From: Bacteroidales bacterium
Lineage (GTDB): Bacteria; Bacteroidota; Bacteroidia; Bacteroidales; VadinHA17
Direction: 5' to 3'
Length of the DNA stretch: 64,000 bases
Assembly: GCA_035530515.1 (NCBI GenBank)
Contig: DATKUO010000136.1
Location: forward strand, 5,758 to 69,757
Positions 26,270 to 34,493 of the stretch are shown here, in pieces; the stretch's first letter is position 1, and every line of letters starts with the position of its first letter. The translations under genes and the position numbers were made by a program. The notes beneath the pieces are model-generated. The model was not told the origin of the DNA. It saw only the letters and a list, made by a program, of their open reading frames with translations, and did no database searches.

Positions 26270-27142
26270 TTAGCTTAATTCCTCTACAATTCTTTCGACT
26301 GCAGTCCTGAAGAATTCTTTGCTCCAGATATCAAGTACCCGCACATCCGCTACAAAAGGAATAACCTCTTTCCTGGCTTCATCAATATTTAAAACATCTA
26401 TTGCATTCACAATAAGATCTTTCAATTTTACCAGAGATAAAGGCTTATCTCCTTCATAATGCCCCGATTGGCGCATTCGCTCCTCAAGGTGAGAAAGACT
26501 TAGTACAGGATAACCTGATGTATACCAAATAAAATCATACCAGTCACGTCCTTTAATACGGCTTTTCCATTTCCGGAATAAGAGAGCATGCACCTTACCG
26601 GCAAATAAAGATGGAAGGGTGTAAGAACGAACAGCAAACTGAACCGGGGTAAACACATATCTCATTTCAGTCCTGAAGCCCTGGGGAGGATTCGTATCAA
26701 CTTCCAGTTTCACTTTCAATATCGATTGCCGGTTTACCCCGGAAAGAATTTGTTCCGGCGCTTTAATTACGATCAGCTGATTATAGGTATTCCCCTTCAG
26801 AAATGCAGATTCAATATTAGTTGCAGCCGTTTTGTGTTTTACTTCGAAGGTTACCTCAAAGCCAAATGCTTCCAGTTCATTTTGCAACGCATTGGAATAT
26901 ATTGAAAAGTTAAACTCCTGAGATGGTTTTAATAAAGAAAAGTCAAGATCCTCCGAAAACCTGTCTAACCCATATAAAATCCGTAGTGATGTTCCTCCTA
27001 AGAAAGCTGCATGCTCAAAAAATTTGGCCCTCCAAAGGCCTAACAATGCCAGCGATTGCATTATTTCACGTACAGCATTTACCATTCCGGCTGTCGTTTT
27101 TGGCACCGGATCCGGAAGTATACTTTTTATCAGGCTATTCAT
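26270..27142 (-). CDS. abiEii: AbiEii/AbiGii-family nucleotidyltransferase toxin (type IV TA)
   Basis: LGGTSLRILYGLDRFSEDLDFSL is present. The start is moved to MNSLIK (ATG at 27142), giving an ATGA overlap with the abiEi stop. Confidence 0.8.
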   Translation of the reverse strand: MNSLIKSILPDPVPKTTAGMVNAVREIMQSLALLGLWRAKFFEHAAFLGGTSLRILYGLDRFSEDLDFSLLKPSQEFNFSIYSNALQNELEAFGFEVTFEVKHKTAATNIESAFLKGNTYNQLIVIKAPEQILSGVNRQSILKVKLEVDTNPPQGFRTEMRYVFTPVQFAVRSYTLPSLFAGKVHALLFRKWKSRIKGRDWYDFIWYTSGYPVLSLSHLEERMRQSGHYEGDKPLSLVKLKDLIVNAIDVLNIDEARKEVIPFVADVRVLDIWSKEFFRTAVERIVEELS

Positions 27143-27801
27143 AAACCTCCTCCAAACCGTTTTAGTAAATATTCCATAAGCCAAAGCACCTTACGTGTAG
27201 CATAAGCACGTTCAATAACACCAATTCTGTCAGTTCTGATCAAAGGTGCAAGTGTATCCTCATCAATCCGAAGATCAGCGAACAGATAGTCTGCGTATGA
27301 AGCTATTGAGGTTGGCCTAAAACGGCCGTCTGTCCATACCTTATCGGCAAGGGCTTTCAAGGGTTCAGCTATCAGCACACTGCCTCCGGGGTTATTATGC
27401 CTTACGAGGCAAGCCGAAAACCGCTTCCCGGTAAGCTGATTATATGAAAACCGGCCCACCGGTGTAAGGAATTCCCGTGAACGACCAGTAGCAATAGACG
27501 TAATTGTGGTAACCCGTTCCGGGATAAGACCGTACCAGGCCAAAGCATAGTCAATGCTAATGGCAGAGGGTCCATACACCAGATTTGCCAATGGTTCCAA
27601 CTCAAGGGAAGTCCGGCGCCAAACCTGTCCAAATACGTAAAGTCCTTTTCTTACACGGATAATATGCCCCCTCTTCAAAAGAACAGAAACCGTATCCCTG
27701 GGTTTACGATAATTTGAAAGAGTAAACATCAATTGAGAGTAGTCGAAAATTTCACCCTCAATTTTGTTTCGTATCTGCTCAATTGGTATCGTTTTTTGCA
27801 C
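27139..27801 (-). CDS. abiEi: AbiEi-family antitoxin / transcriptional regulator
   Basis: 220 aa with ...LLKRGHIIRVRKGLYVFG... It lies upstream of, and coupled to, the AbiEii gene. Confidence 0.75.
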   Translation of the reverse strand: MQKTIPIEQIRNKIEGEIFDYSQLMFTLSNYRKPRDTVSVLLKRGHIIRVRKGLYVFGQVWRRTSLELEPLANLVYGPSAISIDYALAWYGLIPERVTTITSIATGRSREFLTPVGRFSYNQLTGKRFSACLVRHNNPGGSVLIAEPLKALADKVWTDGRFRPTSIASYADYLFADLRIDEDTLAPLIRTDRIGVIERAYATRKVLWLMEYLLKRFGGGL

Positions 27802-27846
27802 CTTATGTCCAGCTTAATTGGACTTATCGTGCAAATATACGTGATT

Positions 27847-27977
27847 AAATAGAATCCGAGTCAGGGAGAGGGCTCTTTTTTGTTTAAAAAAAGGCGTCGG
27901 GCCACGGGCATCAGGCGTCAGGAACGGATAAGCAAGGGCATGACCGTATGACTGCATGACTGCATGACCGCAAGACC
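27847..27977 (+). repeat. R element copy 6
   Basis: aaatagaatccGAGTCagggagagGGCTCttttttgtttaaaaaaaggcgtcgggccacgggcatcaggcgtcagg is followed by the tail aagggcatgaccgtatgactgcatgactgcatgaccgcaagacc. Confidence 0.75.
27858..27885 (+). terminator. Hairpin plus T-run (R element core)
   Basis: The stem is GAGTC/GGCTC (one G-U), the loop is agggagag, and ttttttgttt follows. Confidence 0.45.
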
Positions 27978-28113
27978 AACAGACCTGCCTGGTTTTTTTT
28001 CATGGTATCTCTTTTCAATTGCCTTCGGACTTCGGCCAACAAAGTCGGCGAGCTCGCAAACGAAGTGAGCAAATCGTATCTGAAAAATATTTTTAAACAA
28101 GTAAATAATTATT

Positions 28114-28121
28114 TACCTTTG
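28114..28121 (+). promoter_or_regulatory. Bacteroidota -7 promoter box
   Basis: tacctttg lies 12 nt upstream of the ATG at 28133. Confidence 0.4.
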
Positions 28122-28132
28122 TACATAAATTC

Positions 28133-28183
28133 ATGAAGTGTGCTGAATTATGGAAAGGAAGATACACAAAGGTACAGGATTGA
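28133..28183 (+). pseudogene. hicA: Possible hicA toxin remnant (16 codons)
   Basis: MKCAELWKGRYTKVQD* begins like Bacteroidota HicA proteins (MKxxEL..). It sits 17 nt upstream of a HicB-like gene. Confidence 0.3.
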
Positions 28184-28200
28184 AATATAGATAGTCAGAT

Positions 28201-28644
28201 ATGGTTGTGAAAAAGAAGATTGTGGTTATTATTGAAAAGACTGATACGGGTTTCTCCGCCTTTACAACAGACTATTCTGTATATACAACGGGGTCTTCAA
28301 TGAATGAATTATTTTATAACATCAGGGAAGCATTTATTCTATATTTTGATGATGACAAATTTGATGATTCACGGATAATATATGAAATTGATTTTAGTCA
28401 ATTCTTTAAATATTATAAAGTTTTAAACTCCAAAGCTTTCGCAGGAAGGATTGGATTAAATCCAACATTATTATCCCAATATATAAGCGGTCGTAAAAAG
28501 CCTTCAGCATCACAAAGCCGAAGAATTCTTTATGGGATAAATAAGATAGGCCAGGAACTATCAGAAATGAATGTTATTTATGAAAGGAAGATGGAAGATC
28601 GGGTTAAGACTAAGAGAATTAGGGACTTAGGGACAGGGGCTTAG
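28201..28644 (+). CDS. hicB: HicB-family antitoxin with C-terminal HTH
   Basis: 147 aa. The N-terminus VVIIEKTDTGFSAFTTDYSVYTTGSSMNEL..I.EA has the HicB fold pattern. The C-terminus reads AGRIGLNPTLLSQYISGRKKPS. Confidence 0.65.
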   Translation: MVVKKKIVVIIEKTDTGFSAFTTDYSVYTTGSSMNELFYNIREAFILYFDDDKFDDSRIIYEIDFSQFFKYYKVLNSKAFAGRIGLNPTLLSQYISGRKKPSASQSRRILYGINKIGQELSEMNVIYERKMEDRVKTKRIRDLGTGA

Positions 28645-28838
28645 AGGAAGAAACGCATAAGCTCAGGCAAAACCCCAGGGACTTCAACAACTATATTAAA
28701 CAAAATCTTAGCTGGTCAAAACGGTTTGGCAAGATTAAGAGGAAAGACTTCTGGGATATTCTTGACGATAATACCATCCGGGCAGACAAAAATCTGGGTG
28801 AAAATACTATTGAAAAGTTCAAAACATTTGCTGAAACG

Positions 28839-29450
28839 ATGAAAAATAGTGAGGCAACTATGTTGCAAGAAATGACTGCCAACATATTTTTCAGGATTTG
28901 TGAAATATGTTATGATGCTAACGACTATTTTATTGGCAATGAAAAATCAATCTCTCCACGAGAAAAATATCTTAATATGGCTGATGGCCGTGATGCAGGT
29001 CTAAGAAATATTGATGGGGATTCTCCCAATGCATTTTATGAATGGTATCATAGTAAGGAAATATTGGGTGCCCATCCCTGGGAAATTTGCCGGGGTGGAA
29101 ATTCCACCCATATTTCGCTTTTTATTTCAGAAGTACAAAACAAATGGGCTATCCGTCTGGCAGGTTCAAGTATTGGCAGGGTTGAAGAAACCGTCAGAAT
29201 GGCTGTTGCCCTTTTTGAAAAGAAGATCCCTTTTATACTTCGCGATATGCAAGAAATTGTGAGTATGGTTACCGGTAATGACTTTATAGGGATTGTCCCT
29301 GATACTGTTTACCCCAGTTATTGCCACAGTTTATTCCCCAGAGAAGATAATATAATCGATTTTATGAATCTCGGATTTGATAAAAAAATGAATCCGAAAA
29401 TAATCGAAAAACCCCTGTGGTATCCGTTAGAAGAAATCTCAATGATTTAA
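28839..29450 (+). CDS. Hypothetical protein, probably 5'-truncated
   Basis: 203 aa from the first ATG. The same frame is open and protein-like back to 28621 (..DFNNYIKQNLSWSKRFGKIKRKDFWDILDDNTIRADKNLGENTIEKFKTFAET) with no ATG, and it overlaps the hicB end. Confidence 0.4.
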   Translation: MKNSEATMLQEMTANIFFRICEICYDANDYFIGNEKSISPREKYLNMADGRDAGLRNIDGDSPNAFYEWYHSKEILGAHPWEICRGGNSTHISLFISEVQNKWAIRLAGSSIGRVEETVRMAVALFEKKIPFILRDMQEIVSMVTGNDFIGIVPDTVYPSYCHSLFPREDNIIDFMNLGFDKKMNPKIIEKPLWYPLEEISMI

Positions 29451-29735
29451 AAAAGAACGTGCGACTGTACGGTGGTGCGGCAGCAACAAAGGAGCAGATG
29501 AGCCGTTTCAGGGTCCGTTTGGGGATGAGCCGTTCGGGTAAGAACGTGACTTAGCTAAATGGGAGTGCTGGAGGGCACTCTTTTTTGTTTAAAAAAAGGC
29601 GTCGGGCATCGGGCATCAGGCGTCAGGAACTGATAGGCAAGGGCACATATATAATATAGTTCTTCCTAAAGCCTGAAACCAGTCGCCTGTAGCCATTAAT
29701 AAATTTCCCTGAAACCTGTAGCCTGAAGCCTGAAT
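29451..29735 (+). repeat. R element copy 7 (long)
   Basis: It begins with a peptide-3' remnant translating ..GSNKGADEPFQGPFGDEPFG* (stop at 29539-41). Then come the hairpin, ttttttgtttaaaaaaaggcgtcgggcatcgggcatcaggcgtcagg, caagggcacatatataatatagttcttcc and gcctgaaRcc words. Confidence 0.75.
29563..29590 (+). terminator. Hairpin plus T-run (R element core, covarying stem)
   Basis: The stem is GAGTGC/GCACTC (6 bp, perfect) and the loop is tggagg. The stem sequence differs from other copies but pairing is kept. Confidence 0.5.
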
Positions 29736-29771
29736 AAATGCAATTTTGAATTAGTGCTGACTTGTGATTGA

Positions 29772-29807
29772 GGGATTGCGAGCCCCGCCCCGCGGGACGA
29801 AGCAATC
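29772..29807. repeat. Single degenerate unit of the palindromic repeat family
   Basis: ggattgcgag-CCCCGCcccGCGGG-acgaagcaatc. Confidence 0.55.
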
Positions 29808-29999
29808 TCCTGATCCCATCCACAGTATCTTGTATTATTTAATGGAGCAGTGCTCCAAACCCCGGTTCAGTAAATTTTACCTTATTTATTTCTACGCTAA
29901 CTACGAGAAAACTCTGAGACTGTGAATTAACTCCTGCCTTTCACCCAGGCCTTATTTCACAGGGCGAGGTGCGTGGTATGCGGCGCATACCTCAAGCCG

Positions 30000-31316
30000 C
30001 TAACAGCATGCTACCTCCGCAACAGAATATATAGGAAACGATCTGATTTGATCATATGATGAAAAGTTTTCGAGAGAAAAACGAATACCATAAGGTGTGT
30101 TTTTTTCTTTCAGGAAAAGATATAAACTCTGCATTGATCCTTTTGACCCGGATTTAACTTCAACCGGAATAATATCCTTATCTTTCTGAATAAGATAGTC
30201 TACCTCAGCGTTGCTGTTAAGAGCTTCCCGATGCCAATAAAACAGATCCATGTGATGGTAACATGATTGGGCCTTCAGCAATTCAAGACCAACAAACAAC
30301 TCTGCAATACTACCCTTATTAATAAGATTAAAACTTTCTTCAAATAACAGCTCCTGAATATTCAAACCCAACGACCGCTGAAAGAGACCGGTATCAAAAA
30401 TGAGCATTTTTCGCTTCTTAGAGTCAGATTCAGCTCCCGGAGGTATTCCGTTTGCTGACGAGTGAGTAACCGGAATTACAAGGCCTGCCATAATCAATAA
30501 ATCAAGCGCTTCTTTAATCTGCTTATGATTTGCCTCCGAAACCACTCCGGCATATTTAAATTTATTTCCAACTTGTTGAACAACTGAGTCAAAAACCTCA
30601 GCGATGCGTAACATTGGTACCCGTTTCCGGTATTTTGTAAAATCTGCTTTCAGTGAAATAATAAGATCATCCAATATCCGCTGGCATTCAGCCAGATTAT
30701 GACCCTGAACATAATAAGCAACTACTTCCGGCATTCCTCCAAGAATCAGGAATTTCTTAAAATATGCCAGAAGTTTCTGGTGAATGGCATCCTGTAACGG
30801 AAAATCAATTGATGCTCCCTTTTTTGCTTTTAAAAGGATGTGTTCTGCACATGCTGAAAGAAATTCGTTAAAAGAAAAAGGATAAACAAACATTGAACGG
30901 ATCCTGCCCACACCAAATGAAGGCAGATCTTCAAACACAAACTCAAGCAGAGAACCTGCCGCAATTAAATGCAATCCGGGTAATTTTTCATAGAAAAAGC
31001 GTAATGAAGATATTGCAGGCAAACAAGCCTGTATTTCATCGAAAAATAATAACGTCTTTCCTTCCTTAACAGGAATATTAAACATTATTGAGAGATTATC
31101 GCATAATGTCTGCGGCGATAAATCATCATTAAAAAGGCTATGCACTTTTTTCAGTTCCTCAAAATTGATTTCAAGGAAAAATTCAAAATGTTTTGAAAGT
31201 TCACGCACAGATGACGACTTACCAACCTGTCTGGCTCCTCTCAGAAGCAATGGTTTCCTTGACGGATCTCTGGTCCATGTTAAAAGCTCAGAATCTAATT
31301 CCCTTTTTAAATACAT
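30000..31316 (-). CDS. AAA+ ATPase with DUF4143-type C-terminal domain (ATPase 3)
   Basis: 438 aa with Walker A GARQVGKSS and Walker B LLFFDEIQ. The C-terminus has AEVDYLI...IPVEVKSG. Confidence 0.8.
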   Translation of the reverse strand: MYLKRELDSELLTWTRDPSRKPLLLRGARQVGKSSSVRELSKHFEFFLEINFEELKKVHSLFNDDLSPQTLCDNLSIMFNIPVKEGKTLLFFDEIQACLPAISSLRFFYEKLPGLHLIAAGSLLEFVFEDLPSFGVGRIRSMFVYPFSFNEFLSACAEHILLKAKKGASIDFPLQDAIHQKLLAYFKKFLILGGMPEVVAYYVQGHNLAECQRILDDLIISLKADFTKYRKRVPMLRIAEVFDSVVQQVGNKFKYAGVVSEANHKQIKEALDLLIMAGLVIPVTHSSANGIPPGAESDSKKRKMLIFDTGLFQRSLGLNIQELLFEESFNLINKGSIAELFVGLELLKAQSCYHHMDLFYWHREALNSNAEVDYLIQKDKDIIPVEVKSGSKGSMQSLYLFLKEKNTPYGIRFSLENFSSYDQIRSFPIYSVAEVACC

Positions 31317-31322
31317 TTTATG

Positions 31323-31405
31323 TTTTTCAAAAGCTATATCATAACATATTTCCCATTTTTCAAAAGCAATATTACAGCTATATTTCCATTTTTCAAAAGC
31401 AATAT
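31323..31405. repeat. Three spaced copies of (cca)tttttcaaaagcWatat, about 33-nt period, directly upstream of ATPase 3
   Basis: Copies lie at 31323-31339, 31353-31372 and 31386-31405, and the last two are identical over 20 nt. On the minus strand each reads ..gcttttgaaaaa.., a near match to the -7 box. Confidence 0.8.
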
Positions 31406-31508
31406 GCTAAAATGTGAGGAATGAGATTTAGAGGGTTCAAAGCGTAGTGGAGGGTTTTTAACCAGTATGCTGCGTGTTTCTACAAGCTCAACCTTTGTGC
31501 CTTGTACC

Positions 31509-32420
31509 TTAGATGCCAAACTCCCCGGTATCAATCCAATCCATCTCCAGGAGTGACCAGAAGTCGAGCGCCAGACGGTTAAGCACATATTCATACGGGA
31601 GCCATCCGTAACCCTTTTCGCCCCAGGTTTCACCCCAGGAGTTGCGTATCAATAATGCTCCTTTTGTCTCTTTGTCACACTTTGTATTTCTGATCTTCCG
31701 GTTGTCATCATAACCCATCGCAACAACCGCATGTCCCCATTGTGCAGATTCTCCCTTACAGGGATAGGGTATGTCGCCCGGCTTATCAGTGTCTTCAAAC
31801 GACTTAAAACCCCAGAAGCCGAACATGGACGGGATGCCTGCCTCAAGATATTTCTTTATGGAAGAGAGCACCTCCGCCGCTGGCAGGTCAGAGCCCTGCG
31901 GATCGTGACAGAAATATTTTACCGACTGGTAATTATCGGCCAATGAATAAACAAAGCTGCCGGGCTCCTTATCATAGTCCGCGACATTATATGGCCAGTA
32001 CTTTTCATCCGGCACTCCGCACAAAACCAGTGCACCCATTGTATCCCTGAGCCATGCGCCGGTGTCGCCGGTGACCTGCATAAGGTTTCTCGCGGCTTTA
32101 TACAAGAAGAGCCTTGAAGCTTCAATATGTTTTCCATACGCCCTTCTCTCAAAATACTCAACAATACCGACACCTGCATGGGCAGTACATGACCCGAGAC
32201 TAAGCTGATCTTCAACCGGAGAACACCACTCACTGAGATCAACCACAGTCTGCTGCTTGTGGTTTTTGGCTGTCAGACCCAGTCTTTTGTTAAAGACTTT
32301 AATTTCAGTGTTAGTGTTGGTATAATCGCGAAGGTCAGGCAGGGGAGAAAGCCATCCTGTTCCAACCTGATGGGAAAGACCGCCAATGCTTATTTTTTTG
32401 TTAAGTATGTTGTTATCCAT
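31509..32420 (-). CDS. Papain-family (C1) cysteine peptidase, no signal peptide
   Basis: 303 aa with catalytic Cys in DQLSLGSCTAHA, His in WGHAVVAMGYDD and Asn/Trp in IRNSWGETWGEKGYGWLPY. Confidence 0.8.
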   Translation of the reverse strand: MDNNILNKKISIGGLSHQVGTGWLSPLPDLRDYTNTNTEIKVFNKRLGLTAKNHKQQTVVDLSEWCSPVEDQLSLGSCTAHAGVGIVEYFERRAYGKHIEASRLFLYKAARNLMQVTGDTGAWLRDTMGALVLCGVPDEKYWPYNVADYDKEPGSFVYSLADNYQSVKYFCHDPQGSDLPAAEVLSSIKKYLEAGIPSMFGFWGFKSFEDTDKPGDIPYPCKGESAQWGHAVVAMGYDDNRKIRNTKCDKETKGALLIRNSWGETWGEKGYGWLPYEYVLNRLALDFWSLLEMDWIDTGEFGI

Positions 32421-32447
32421 AATATGACGTTTAAGATATTTCTTCCT

Positions 32448-33008
32448 CTAATTGTTTTTCTGTGCGGGAGCAATTTCCTTTAATGTCGTTCCGTCGCGGC
32501 CGGGAATAATTTCATAAAGCTTAAAGTATGTACCGGATTCATCAGTATCAGACATTCCCGTGCCTGTGAATGCCTGAGCGGCATAAGCACTTTTGGAAAG
32601 CATGGCTGCAATGGCCTCAAGGGTCTCTGAGAACATTGATTCACTGACCACCCCGTAAGAGGTAAGCGAGCTGTTCGTGAATGTCAGCTTAATATCATTT
32701 GAGCCTATGCCGGTTTTAAACTCCAGGTACTGGGGATTTGCAAGGTCCGGCAGATATACGACAGATGTTTTGACCGTATTATCCTTCTCCGCCCTGTATT
32801 CCACAAGGAGATAGGGTTTGAGGGTATAATAGCGTAGTCCCGTTTCATTCTTCAGATCAGGATCGGAGTAAAACTTTACCGTGGCACATCCTGCCATAAT
32901 AATAACGCTTCCAAAGAGAAGGAGAAGGATTATTAACTTTTTAACCGCTCCCGGGCGGAGGCCGTAAAGAACGGCCGTGTGTTTTTTTGTCATTGCTATT
33001 GGTTTCAT
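32448..33008 (-). CDS. Lipoprotein of unknown function, upstream partner of the C1 peptidase
   Basis: 186 aa with the signal/lipobox ...LLLFGSVIIMAGC. It lies 27 nt upstream of the peptidase gene on the same strand. Confidence 0.55.
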   Translation of the reverse strand: MKPIAMTKKHTAVLYGLRPGAVKKLIILLLLFGSVIIMAGCATVKFYSDPDLKNETGLRYYTLKPYLLVEYRAEKDNTVKTSVVYLPDLANPQYLEFKTGIGSNDIKLTFTNSSLTSYGVVSESMFSETLEAIAAMLSKSAYAAQAFTGTGMSDTDESGTYFKLYEIIPGRDGTTLKEIAPAQKNN

Positions 33009-33303
33009 GATTATCAGATAAGCCTTTCACAACTGCAAGTTAAGAAATTTCATTTATACATGCAAATAAAGAAAATTCTTAAAGTTGACTATCTCCGTGG
33101 CAAGCCCACGAGGAATTATTTGATTAAAGATCGCAGGGCGAAGGACACAGGACGTTTTCGTTTCGCGTTTGCCTTTGGCGAGCTCGGCGGAGTTTACCCC
33201 GCATGGCGGGGCTCCGTCTTGCGGTCGTGCGGTGTTGTTTTTTTCCTAAATTCACCTTATCTTCGTCTAATATTTTAGCTACAATAACTATAAATTTAAA
33301 CTA

Positions 33304-33636
33304 ATGATTAATATATTGGCCAATAGTGATTTTGTTTTAGATGTCTATAATCCTGCTGAAATTGCCAAAGGTATTGCTGAACGATTACGTAAACGAAGGC
33401 TTGAAATGAACCTTACGCAGCAAACCCTTGCAAAAAGGGCGGGTGTAAGCCTGGGTTCTCTCAAGCGTTTCGAGAATTATCATGAAATTTCACTTAAACA
33501 TCTTCTGATGATAGCAGTCGTTCTCGATGCTACTGAGGAATTCGCACTTCTCTTTTCACGCCGGCAGTTTGAAAATATTGATCAGGTTTTGGAATCATCT
33601 TCCATAAAACGCCAGAGAGGGAAACATAATGGCTGA
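33304..33636 (+). CDS. hipB: XRE-family HTH antitoxin (HipB-like)
   Basis: 110 aa with LRKRRLEMNLTQQTLAKRAGVSLGSLKRFE. It overlaps the hipA-like gene by 8 nt. Confidence 0.7.
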   Translation: MINILANSDFVLDVYNPAEIAKGIAERLRKRRLEMNLTQQTLAKRAGVSLGSLKRFENYHEISLKHLLMIAVVLDATEEFALLFSRRQFENIDQVLESSSIKRQRGKHNG

Positions 33637-34315
33637 AACAGTAAATTTGCTCAATGTATTATTTATTGATAACAGGAGGATTGGCAAACTGGCGCTTTCT
33701 CCTGACCGTCGTTGTTTGTTTGAGTATGATCCGGGCTGGATAGCAACAGGATTCTCTGTATCTCCCTTTTATCTTCCTTTGAAAAGCGGTCTTTTTACTG
33801 CAAGAGCAGAACCATTTGGAGGAATGTTTGGAGTTTTTGACGACAGCTTGCCAGATGGTTGGGGAAAACTACTTGTCGACCGCTGGTTGATAAGCAGAGG
33901 TATTAATCCTGCATCGATTTCTTTACTTGAACGGCTCAGCATTGTGGGGGAAAACGGTATGGGAGCGCTGGTATATCGTCCGGCTAAGGAGAGCAGTATT
34001 AATGAAGAAGTTCACCCTTTGAGTTTTTATGCACTTGAAGTCGAAAAAATCTTCAGACAAATGGTATTCAACATCCTGATTAGTAATAAGGACGATCATG
34101 CCAAAAACTTCTCTTTTATTTACATTAACGGATACTGGGCCGTTTCTCCCGCATATGATCTTCTTCCTTCTGATGGCTTTAATGGCAACCATTCTACAAC
34201 AGTAAATGGAAAAGGACAACCATCTCTTACAGATTGTGAAGAAGTAGCAAAGAACATCTCTCTACCCCTTAAAATAGCTGCAAGAATTATTGCAGAAGTA
34301 AAAGAGAATCTCTGA
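33629..34315 (+). CDS. hipA: HipA-family protein lacking the central kinase core (in-frame internal deletion; probably inactive)
   Basis: 228 aa against roughly 400-440 aa for the family. The N-terminal coupling domain (FDDSLPDGWG...GENGMGALVYRP) joins directly to the C-terminal segment (FNILISNKDDHAKNFSF...SPAYDLLP). No GAQxK-type ATP-binding loop is visible. Confidence 0.65.
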   Translation: MAETVNLLNVLFIDNRRIGKLALSPDRRCLFEYDPGWIATGFSVSPFYLPLKSGLFTARAEPFGGMFGVFDDSLPDGWGKLLVDRWLISRGINPASISLLERLSIVGENGMGALVYRPAKESSINEEVHPLSFYALEVEKIFRQMVFNILISNKDDHAKNFSFIYINGYWAVSPAYDLLPSDGFNGNHSTTVNGKGQPSLTDCEEVAKNISLPLKIAARIIAEVKENL

Positions 34316-34493
34316 AGTACTTAAGAACTCGTTTTCTCCTTCTCCACAAAAAGTTAAGCGCCGGTTGAGAAATTTTCGTATTATCTTATTTCTGCTCCTG
34401 GTGGGGGTATTTATTAATGCCAGTCCCTACCCTCACCCTGCGCTTTTGTACAGTTGTTACTTCATAGCGTAATACGATGATGCCGTTGTGCCC

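Noticed and set aside
20879-29735. R-element array as an integron or a CALIN (attC cluster)
   Set aside because: No IntI-type tyrosine recombinase is present and cassette genes lie on both strands. I could not see the R''/L''-L'/R' attC core pairs (GTTRRRY-type). The cassette-like partitioning is kept as a finding, but not under the integron label.
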